Part shown: positions 1 to 7,819 of the stretch, piece after piece
How positions within the stretch are numbered: position 1 is the stretch's first letter
Layout of the letters: every line of letters starts with the position of its first letter
Source of the DNA: an uncultured archaeon
GTDB lineage: Archaea > Asgardarchaeota > Thorarchaeia > Thorarchaeales > Thorarchaeaceae
Direction: 5' to 3'
Assembly: GCA_964590575.1 (NCBI GenBank)
Contig: CAZPWM010000002.1
Location: 9,714 to 73,713 of the forward strand
Length of the DNA stretch: 64,000 nt
Made by a program: the position numbers and the translations under genes
The notes under the pieces: model-generated
What the model saw: only the letters and a program-made list of their open reading frames with translations
The model's database searches: none
Told to the model about the DNA's origin: nothing

Positions 1-735
1 CACTTTGGAACGGTTCTGCTAATAATTGAGAGAAACTGAGTTCCTCATGTCTGGTGTGCATTGGCGGTTCAGGTGTGGTGTTTGTATAATAGATAGCTAT
101 CATTCCAAAAAGAAATGCGATAAAGAAGAGAACTGAGTATGCAGATAATTGAGCAAAAGTATTGCCTGGGTCTGTGATTGCCAACCAATTACTGATGAAG
201 AAACCTCCTGAAAGAGAAGCGACAATAGCTACCAGACCCATTAGTGCCATCCTTGTTGAAAAGAACTGACCAAGACGATCTGGAGGAATCACATCCCGCA
301 TCCAAGAGTTCCAGCTCGGTGAACCAATAGCAGTAAACACACTTTGGATAAACATTGCTCCAATTAGAAGCAATAGACCAATCTGGCCAACTGCTATGAA
401 TGGGATTAAAGCCATGAGGAGGATTCCTAATCGATTTCCCAACTGCGTGAATGAGTTTAATCTACGCCTGTTTCTGTACTTCTCAATAAGGATTATTGAT
501 GGTATCTGTAAAAGCTGAGTGATTGCTGGAATTGCTGCTAGGATTCCAATAACTGTGTTCGGGGCTTGAAGGAGAAGAGCAAAACCAACAAGGAAGACAC
601 TCTCTGTAAAGGTAGTCTTGACTTGAACGGTGACCCCTTGTTTCACCATCTTGCCAAGAGCCTTCTCTGTTTCCTCGGATGACAATGAAGGCTTTACTTC
701 TTGAGTCAATTTATTGAATTTCTCCAATTTCACCT
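1..735 (-). CDS. MFS-type transporter, N-terminal part (gene continues past window start)
   Basis: Manual minus-strand translation from GTG/ATG near 735-650 gives multi-TM protein (..LIGAMFIQSVFTAIGSPSWNSWMRDVIPPDRLGQFFSTRMALMGL..) typical of MFS; no stop before position 1. Confidence 0.55.
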
Positions 736-1079
736 GTGAGTTTCGGAATCAGTCTAAATCTCTAATGAAGATATGCGTTCAAATCAATGAATCAATTGCA
801 ATAATGTGTGAACGTGCGCAGTAACAGAACTGTTTAACCTGAACGAGAAGTATGAAAAACGAAGCTGAAGGGAAAAACTGCTAATGTAACTGGAGTTGGT
901 GTGGGTATTGACAAAGGAGTAGTAATCCTATGTGCTGATATCTCTGACACCGATTTCAGAATTGCCAGTACAAACCATGGCAATATAGTTCATTGAATTT
1001 TCGGATACATCTCTTGACTATTCTTCTACGAAACCGCGCAACCGGAATCCTTTTTGAATCTTAATTTGATATATTTCAT

Positions 1080-1499
1080 ATGCCTCGGCGTAAGCGACAT
1101 CGGTTTGTTCACAGAGAACCAACAGTGTCAGTCTACAAACCTGCTGGTATACCAGCCAAGGATCTTGAAGAAATCCTTATTGCAATTGATGAGTTTGAAG
1201 CAATCCGTCTTGCTGATTATGAAGGATTGAATCAGAGAGAAGCATGCACTACTATGAAAATAAGTCAACCAACATTCAACAGAATTCTTGCTTCAGCCCG
1301 ACATAAGATTGCACAAGGGATAGTAGAGGGGCAGGTGTTGCGTATTGAAGGTGGTCGCTATGTGCTGGGCGATGGTTCTGGTGGACTACAGTGCATTGAT
1401 TGTAACTATCGACTAGACATGGAAAAGGACAAACGCAACGTATGTCCAAAATGTGGATCGTCGAAACTTCGATGGCAGAGATGGGATTCCCCACAGTAA
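1080..1499 (+). CDS. DUF134/UPF0251 family putative DNA-binding protein with C-terminal zinc ribbon
   Basis: N-terminal motif VYKPAGIP..LEEI.I..DEFEAIRLADYEGL.QREA...M.ISQPTF.RIL..AR.KIA characteristic of DUF134; C-terminal CIDC..CPKC zinc ribbon. Confidence 0.75.
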   Translation: MPRRKRHRFVHREPTVSVYKPAGIPAKDLEEILIAIDEFEAIRLADYEGLNQREACTTMKISQPTFNRILASARHKIAQGIVEGQVLRIEGGRYVLGDGSGGLQCIDCNYRLDMEKDKRNVCPKCGSSKLRWQRWDSPQ

Positions 1500-1505
1500 T
1501 CAGTA

Positions 1506-2378
1506 CTATTGACTCGATTTCACAATACTCTCAACCCTTTTCCACATCTTTTCCAGCATTTTTACTAATTCATGTTCAGGTGAAAACTCTGGAAGTGTCG
1601 TTCCTGCAACCATAGACTTTGTCATTATTGGGTCGAATGGTAATTTTCCAAGAATCTCTGCATCATTTTCTCTACAGAATTTTTCTATAGCCTTTGTATT
1701 TTCCAGGTTCAAATCAAACTTGTTGATTATCACGGTAGCTTTAACGCGGAACTTTCCAAGCAGTTCTAGGACTCGTCGCATGTCGTGAATACCAGACATT
1801 GTGGGCTCTGTGACGATAATGCCTAGTTTTATTCCGGTCACAGTGGCAATTACAGGACAGCCAATACCTGGAGATCCATCAATGAGAACAGTGGATATTC
1901 CATTATCTGTAGCGATTTTTGTGCCTAATCTTCGAACTTCAGTAACTAGTCTTCCAGAATTTCCTTCGCCTGGTAGGAGTTTTGCATGAGCCATTCGACC
2001 GATTCTAGTGTCCGAATCATAGAGATTACCAGATTGACGTTCTACCATCTGGATGGCATCCTCAGGACAAACATACTCACATACACCACAACCCTCACAC
2101 GAGATAGGATCTACTCTTGAATCAGTAATCGCACTGAATCTGCATGCTTCTTCACAAATTCCACATTCTGTACATAGGTCCTCATCAATCACTGCAACTT
2201 TTGATGCCACAAATTCAGTTGCTGTCTTTATTGAAGGACTCAGGAGGATATGGAGATCCGGGGCATCAACATCACAATCAGCCATGACTACATCCTCAGC
2301 AATCACACCTAAGGCTGCACATACAGTTGTTTTTCCAGTACCGCCCTTACCACTGATTACTGCTATCTCATTCACCAT
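1506..2378 (-). CDS. MinD/Mrp-superfamily P-loop ATPase with inserted 2x[4Fe-4S] ferredoxin domain (COG1149-like)
   Basis: Walker A GKGGTGKTT at N-terminus; two CxxCxxCxxxCP ferredoxin motifs (CTECGICEEAC, CEGCGVCEYVCP). Confidence 0.85.
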   Translation of the reverse strand: MVNEIAVISGKGGTGKTTVCAALGVIAEDVVMADCDVDAPDLHILLSPSIKTATEFVASKVAVIDEDLCTECGICEEACRFSAITDSRVDPISCEGCGVCEYVCPEDAIQMVERQSGNLYDSDTRIGRMAHAKLLPGEGNSGRLVTEVRRLGTKIATDNGISTVLIDGSPGIGCPVIATVTGIKLGIIVTEPTMSGIHDMRRVLELLGKFRVKATVIINKFDLNLENTKAIEKFCRENDAEILGKLPFDPIMTKSMVAGTTLPEFSPEHELVKMLEKMWKRVESIVKSSQ

Positions 2379-3210
2379 TTTGTATCAACTCCACAATATG
2401 ATTAAACAAGTCCTTGAATTGTTGACGCCATTCAGGCATCTCTTCCACAAATGGAATCCCACGAGAATAGAGCTCAGCAATTTGTCTATTGAATGGGATC
2501 TCTAATAGTAGAGGAACATCGTTCTTTTTGCAGAATTCAGTAACTCCCTCATCACCGATACCAGCCCTATTGATTACCACACCAAATGGTATTTTCAGTT
2601 CGCGAACTACATCAATTGCCATGGACAAATCATGAAGGCCAAAGGGTGTTGGTTCAGTAACCAAAACTAGGTAGTCGCTCTCCCTCATTGTTTCAATAAC
2701 AGGACAAGCTGTTCCAGGAGGGGCATCAAGGATGTTGATTGCATCAGCCTTGACCTGCTCTTTTACAGCCTTTATTAGAGTAGTCGCAATTGGTTCCCCG
2801 ATAGAAAGTTCTCCATAGACCAAATGAGTTTGCCCTATAGATGATTGGTGTATTTTTCCAATTGACCTCTCTACCTCAGTGATTGCATCATCTGGACAAA
2901 CCAATTTGCATCCGCCACAGGAATGACACATTTCTTCGTAGATCATTGTCTTTGTCTTACCCACAAAGATTGCATTGAACTGACAAAATTCTGCACACTT
3001 GCCGCAAAGAGTACACTTGTCTTGATTGACCAACGGGGTTGGAACGGTCACTGAGGATGTCTGTAGTTTAGTGGGGTGAAGAAGAGTGTGTACATTTGGT
3101 TCTTCAACATCACAATCTAGCAGATTCGTAGCCCCAATTGATAGAGCCATATTCACAGCAACTGTAGTCTTGCCAGTACCACCTTTTCCAGATGCAACTG
3201 TAATAATCAA
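2368..3210 (-). CDS. MinD/Mrp-superfamily P-loop ATPase with inserted 2x[4Fe-4S] ferredoxin domain (paralog)
   Basis: GKGGTGKTT Walker A; CTLCGKCAEFC and CHSCGGCKLVCP motifs; overlaps downstream paralog by 11 nt. Confidence 0.85.
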   Translation of the reverse strand: MIITVASGKGGTGKTTVAVNMALSIGATNLLDCDVEEPNVHTLLHPTKLQTSSVTVPTPLVNQDKCTLCGKCAEFCQFNAIFVGKTKTMIYEEMCHSCGGCKLVCPDDAITEVERSIGKIHQSSIGQTHLVYGELSIGEPIATTLIKAVKEQVKADAINILDAPPGTACPVIETMRESDYLVLVTEPTPFGLHDLSMAIDVVRELKIPFGVVINRAGIGDEGVTEFCKKNDVPLLLEIPFNRQIAELYSRGIPFVEEMPEWRQQFKDLFNHIVELIQNGE

Positions 3211-3241
3211 TAAATCACACCCATAATATATTTACCCACAT

Positions 3242-3610
3242 TCATTTGTGGTGGGCGTCAGCACAGCCTTCAGTTAATTCCTCTAACGCGTTTTGACGAT
3301 AGGCTTGAATAATCTCCTGTATGGATTTACTGTTTGCTCTAAGAACTGCAATATTCAGGGCTTGAAAACTCATGATTCCACGAGGTCCCATTCCCTGGAC
3401 AATTACAGCACGGGGTTGATACTTCTGGACGTTGATGTGCGCATGACCTCGGCCGCCCGAATGCTCACCTGTATTCGGGTGCACTTTCATCTCAATTGCA
3501 GTTCCATTGTCATCTAGATCAATCACTGCAAAGTAAGGAGCTCTTCCGAAATGTTCAGCGGCTTCAGTACCTTCCCTATCCTCGGTTGGAATAAGTATTC
3601 TAGTCGTCAC
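3242..3610 (-). CDS. NifX/NifB-like dinitrogenase FeMo-cofactor-binding domain protein
   Basis: HFGRAPYFAVIDLDD...GGRGHA...AVIVQGMGPRG pattern typical of Nitro_FeMo-Co domain; 4-nt overlap with next gene. Confidence 0.8.
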   Translation of the reverse strand: MTTRILIPTEDREGTEAAEHFGRAPYFAVIDLDDNGTAIEMKVHPNTGEHSGGRGHAHINVQKYQPRAVIVQGMGPRGIMSFQALNIAVLRANSKSIQEIIQAYRQNALEELTEGCADAHHK

Positions 3611-4092
3611 CAGTTTTGGCCCCCTCTACGACGGCCTCGTCCGCCACCGCCTCCCCGACCCATACCACGGCCCATTCCCATGCCACCGCCATAACCCATT
3701 CCAAGACCACGACCAGGACCACCTTGACCCTTTCCAACGTTAGCAGGACCAGGAGTAGCTAGCTCCTGGAATCCGTCCTTGCTATAGGTTTCTATTGCTG
3801 ACTTGACTGTACCTGAAACGCCAGCAAGTATTCTAATCCCTGCATCCTGAAGTGCAGGAAACGCATTAGGGCCTACACTACCGGTGAGGACTGCTTCAAC
3901 ATTCTTGGAAGCCACAGTCTGAGCTGCCCTGATTCCTGCACCACCAGAGGCCATTGCAGCCTCATTTGACACAGCCTCAAAGTCATATGTTTCAGGGTCT
4001 ACAATTATGAAGTACGCACACCTACCAAATCGAGGGTCAACCATTGAATCCAATGTTGGCCCTGATGAAGTAACACAGATTCTTGTCATCAT
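3607..4092 (-). CDS. NifX/NifB-like FeMo-cofactor-binding domain protein with Gly/Met/Arg-rich C-terminal tail
   Basis: RFGRCAYFIIVDPET...AVLTGSVGPNAF..LQDAGIRIL domain followed by GKGQGGPGRGLGMGYGGGMGMGRGMGRGGGGGRGRRRGG low-complexity tail. Confidence 0.8.
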   Translation of the reverse strand: MMTRICVTSSGPTLDSMVDPRFGRCAYFIIVDPETYDFEAVSNEAAMASGGAGIRAAQTVASKNVEAVLTGSVGPNAFPALQDAGIRILAGVSGTVKSAIETYSKDGFQELATPGPANVGKGQGGPGRGLGMGYGGGMGMGRGMGRGGGGGRGRRRGGQNW

Positions 4093-4200
4093 TCACACCT
4101 TTTTTAAATGAATCCTGATTCACTATAATATTGAATCTTGATTCATATAAAGTCATCGATATATCATCAACTTAATGAGGACTAAACTAGAGGTTTCTTT

Positions 4201-4362
4201 ATGACAAAGAGAGTGAATAGCCTGTTTCTGTGCGAAGAATGTGATCTATTGTATCACGAGGAAGAACTCGCACAGAAATGTGAAGATTGGTGTAGGGCGA
4301 AGAAGTCTTGCAATCTTGAGATCACGAAACATGCAGTGAACAAGTCCAAACTATCTCTCTAA
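4201..4362 (+). CDS. small Cys-rich protein (53 aa), possible zinc ribbon
   Basis: ATG-initiated ORF not in track (<60 aa): MTKRVNSLFLCEECDLLYHEEELAQKCEDWCRAKKSC..; CxxC...CxxxC spacing; sits in otherwise empty 300-nt gap. Confidence 0.3.
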   Translation: MTKRVNSLFLCEECDLLYHEEELAQKCEDWCRAKKSCNLEITKHAVNKSKLSL

Positions 4363-4396
4363 CTTCCGAGTCTTACGAATCACTATCGTGAAATAG

Positions 4397-6412
4397 GTGA
4401 TTTCACATCTTGGACGGGTTATAGTTTCAGGTTCTAAGCTGATAGGAGCGTGTCCTTTGAAAGAAACCTTTGAGTTTGGTGGCGAGATTATCTGGCAGCC
4501 ATCTTTAGAACAAATACAACAGGCTAACCTTACAAGATTCATGAAACTTTATGGGATAGAAACCTTTGATGAGCTCATGAAACGTTCAACAGAAGATGTA
4601 GCGTGGTTTACAGATGCTCTTCTAAAATATCTTAACATTGAATTTTATGAACCATATGAAAAAGTTGTGGACCTCTCCAAAGGAATTGCATGGCCACACT
4701 GGTGTGTTAACGGGAAGATGAACATTGTTCACAATTGTTTGGACAAATACATGAACACACCTACTGAGAACCAATCAGCATTGATCTGGGAGGGAGAGGA
4801 TGGTACGACTCGCACAATGACATATAGTGAATTATACCGAGAGGCAAACAAGACTGCAAACGCGCTTCGTTCAATTGGTTTGGGAGTTGGAGACCCTATC
4901 GGAATCTACATGCCTATGGTTCCTGAAACTGTGGTCGCACTGTTAGCTATAGCCAAAATTGGTGGTATAATCCTTCCATTATTCTCAGGATTTGGAGTGA
5001 GTGCAATCGTTGACCGTTTGGGGGATGCTGATGCTAAGGCAATATTCACAGTTGATGGGTCTGCCCGCAGAGGTAAGATTATTCCAATGAAACCAATTGC
5101 AGATGAGGTTGCCACTAGTATTCCATCACTGAAACATATGATTGTCTTGAATTTAACAGGAACATCAATTGAAATGAAACCCGGCCGGGACCATTGGTGG
5201 GACGAACTCATCTCTGGTCAATCAGAATCTGCAGAAACGGAGATCACCGATGCTGAATCACCAATGATGATAATCTATACATCTGGCACCACTGGACTTG
5301 CTAAGGGCGCTGTTCACACTCACTGTGGATTTCCTATCAAGGCAGCTCAGGACATGTCATTTGGTACTGACTTACATCCTGGTGAAATAATATGGTGGAA
5401 TTCTGACCTAGGCTGGATGATGGGCCCGTGGTTAATATTTGGAGCATTGATTCTAGGAGGTACTTTCTTTATTTTAGATGGCGCCCCTGATTATCCTGGA
5501 CCCGGCCGTCTATGGGAGATAGTTGAGAAACACAAGGTGTCGATATTGGGTGTATCACCTACTCTAATTCGACTCCTGATGACCCATGGCGAAGGCCCGG
5601 TCAAACCACATGATTTGTCTTCACTCCGTTACTTTGCTTCAACGGGTGAGCCATGGAATCCTGATCCTTGGATGTGGCTTTTTGAAAAAGTTGGGAAGAA
5701 AAGGGTCCCAATCATTAACTATTCAGGTGGGACAGAAATCTCAGGAGGCATTGTCATGGGCAATCCTCTATTACCCCTCAAGGCTTGTGCATTCTCTGGT
5801 CCATGTCCAGGAATCGATGCTGATGTGTTCGATGAGGATGGCAAACCTATTCGAAATAAGGTAGGAGAACTGGTCATCAAATCTCCGTGGATAGGGATGA
5901 CACGGGGATTTTGGAAAAACTCCGAACGATATGAAAATACATACTGGTCTCGTTGGAAGAATACGTGGGTCCACGGTGACTTTGCAGCGATTGACTCGGA
6001 TGGACTCTGGTATATACTCGGTCGCTCTGATGACATCATTAAGGTCGCAGGCAAGCGATTCGGACCTGCGGAAGCAGAATCAGTCCTAGTCAGCCATCCT
6101 GCAGTTGCTGAAGCTGCAACAATAGGTGTTCCGCACAAGATAAAGCTCAATGAACTAGTTGTTTTCTGTGTACTTGTCCCAGGGGTTGAACCATCAGAGC
6201 TATTGAGAGAAGAACTGAAACAGTCAGTAGCCACGGCAATGGGAAAACCACTAACACCTAGAGCAGTCCTGTTCGTTTCTGACTTGCCTAAAACTAGGAA
6301 TGCAAAGGTGATGCGTAGAATGATTCGTGCAGCTTACTTAGGAGAAGACCCGGGGGATACTTCCTCATTGGTCAACCCTGAGGCAGTAGATGAGATAAAA
6401 AATGCAAAATAG
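4397..6412 (+). CDS. AMP-forming acyl-CoA synthetase (acetyl-CoA / acetoacetyl-CoA synthetase family)
   Basis: 671 aa; AMP-binding motif IYTSGTTGLAKGAVHTH; GRSDDIIKVAGKRFGPAEAE; C-terminal PKTRNAKVMRR lysine motif region. Confidence 0.85.
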   Translation: MISHLGRVIVSGSKLIGACPLKETFEFGGEIIWQPSLEQIQQANLTRFMKLYGIETFDELMKRSTEDVAWFTDALLKYLNIEFYEPYEKVVDLSKGIAWPHWCVNGKMNIVHNCLDKYMNTPTENQSALIWEGEDGTTRTMTYSELYREANKTANALRSIGLGVGDPIGIYMPMVPETVVALLAIAKIGGIILPLFSGFGVSAIVDRLGDADAKAIFTVDGSARRGKIIPMKPIADEVATSIPSLKHMIVLNLTGTSIEMKPGRDHWWDELISGQSESAETEITDAESPMMIIYTSGTTGLAKGAVHTHCGFPIKAAQDMSFGTDLHPGEIIWWNSDLGWMMGPWLIFGALILGGTFFILDGAPDYPGPGRLWEIVEKHKVSILGVSPTLIRLLMTHGEGPVKPHDLSSLRYFASTGEPWNPDPWMWLFEKVGKKRVPIINYSGGTEISGGIVMGNPLLPLKACAFSGPCPGIDADVFDEDGKPIRNKVGELVIKSPWIGMTRGFWKNSERYENTYWSRWKNTWVHGDFAAIDSDGLWYILGRSDDIIKVAGKRFGPAEAESVLVSHPAVAEAATIGVPHKIKLNELVVFCVLVPGVEPSELLREELKQSVATAMGKPLTPRAVLFVSDLPKTRNAKVMRRMIRAAYLGEDPGDTSSLVNPEAVDEIKNAK

Positions 6413-6610
6413 AGCTTATGATAAAAAGAAAGAAGAAGACCGGGGAGTCCCGAAAGACTTCTCCCGATCTTTTGATATTATTTCTTCTTTTTCTTAGCTG
6501 GTGCTTCAGTCTTTGTTTTCTTTGCTGGTTTCTTCTTTGCCATAGCAATCATATCCTGTTTGGGGTCGGATTGAACGAATTGCTATCAAGAAAGATTAAA
6601 CGACTTGGAC

Positions 6611-6691
6611 TCACCAATCGTCACTATCGTCGTCGTCTTCCCAGTCATCGTCGCCATCTTCAGCCCATACATCGTCATCATCGAAGTGCAT
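6611..6691 (-). CDS. micro-ORF, 26-aa Asp/Trp-rich acidic peptide (MHFDDDDVWAEDGDDDWEDDDDSDDW)
   Basis: Manual translation of minus strand; ATG start, TGA stop; paralog at 11728..11805 with conserved N- and C-termini and partly synonymous nucleotide differences. Confidence 0.35.
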   Translation of the reverse strand: MHFDDDDVWAEDGDDDWEDDDDSDDW

Positions 6692-6957
6692 TGATGCCAC
6701 CTCACGCTCGTGTCACACGAATCAAGTGTAAAAGATGTCTAATATTTTTTATAACACTCATATTACTTTAAATACTCTAAAAGGGCCTATTAATCCTTTA
6801 AAAAATAAATATGATTATATCAAAAGAAAATACATTGATATGGGTATTTAAATACGCTAGACAAAGATATTAACGAATATGATAGTCGCGTAGATGTGTC
6901 ACCTATGACATTGGAATTAATTCTGCCGCTGTATAAAGGACAATTGTGTAGCTCACG

Positions 6958-7797
6958 ATGACCGAAGCAAGTATAGATGAAATCGCTCTGGCAAAACCCA
7001 AACTCAAGAGTGATTCCAGACTAGTCATTTTACTCGGGTTACCTGAGGGTATCAAGGATACCTCTAAGAAACTAATGTCTCTCGCTGGTGTTGAGAAGGT
7101 TCGAAGAGGTCTGTTTATCGTTCAAGGATATTCAGAGAGTCATGAAGCGATTCTTCAATCCCAATCGTTTGTTTCATTCATCAAGACTCGCGAGATACCC
7201 AAAACTCGGAAAAGACTTGAGGATGAATATTCGGATCGAGTATTTTCAGTAGTTTCATTCTCCTATAGCAACCCAACGGCACAACAAAAGAAGCGTGTTG
7301 AACGACTTATCAAGAAAACAACAGGCATCAGATTAAGACCTGGATTGATTCTCTTTCCACTTCTCAGGGCTAAGGAACAAAGAAGAGTTCTGGGATCAGA
7401 AGATGAACGAATATTGATTGATTCAAATGATTTCAGCAGACTGATTCGTGAGAATGGAGGCATTGCTTTACGCTGGACACGTCTTAGGATTATTAACTTG
7501 GATGGCGCCAATCATCTCAAACATGCATTTGAGCAGACACTTTCTAGAGACCTGACTCCGTTAGAGGAAAAGATACGTGTCCTTCGTGAGATGAGTAGAG
7601 ACGTTGCTATTCCACTTATGAATGTGAAGAAGAACTATACAGTATTATCACATAGTTTTAGAGAATTGAAAACCAAATGGATGACAGCCAGACAACTATG
7701 GTTCTATGATGCAGAAAAAGATCTCAAGCGGACCTATAATATGCTGATTAATACCAGACGTGCAATTGTTTCTGAAGAGATTCGAAGGGGACAATGA
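6958..7797 (+). CDS. hypothetical protein (279 aa, basic, internal duplicated segment)
   Basis: Long ORF with AT-rich promoter-like upstream region; no family recognised. Confidence 0.5.
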   Translation: MTEASIDEIALAKPKLKSDSRLVILLGLPEGIKDTSKKLMSLAGVEKVRRGLFIVQGYSESHEAILQSQSFVSFIKTREIPKTRKRLEDEYSDRVFSVVSFSYSNPTAQQKKRVERLIKKTTGIRLRPGLILFPLLRAKEQRRVLGSEDERILIDSNDFSRLIRENGGIALRWTRLRIINLDGANHLKHAFEQTLSRDLTPLEEKIRVLREMSRDVAIPLMNVKKNYTVLSHSFRELKTKWMTARQLWFYDAEKDLKRTYNMLINTRRAIVSEEIRRGQ

Positions 7798-7819
7798 ACT
7801 CCTTATTTCTGATATTCAC

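Noticed and set aside
4397-4420. Alternative start for acs
   Set aside because: First ATG kept; the N-terminus MISHLGRVIVSG is atypical but no in-frame downstream Met precedes the conserved region, and an upstream TTG/GTG cannot be excluded
6478-6543. 21-aa Lys-rich micro-ORF on minus strand (MAKKKPAKKTKTEAPAKKKKK)
   Set aside because: Could be a tiny basic peptide, but AAG/AAA runs in AT-rich DNA generate such ORFs by chance; no paralog seen in window
6418-6771. 117-aa plus-strand ORF (MIKRKKKTGESRK...)
   Set aside because: Low-complexity, composition-driven; lies antisense to the better-supported Asp/Trp micro-ORF and to a poly-Lys micro-ORF; no plausible fold
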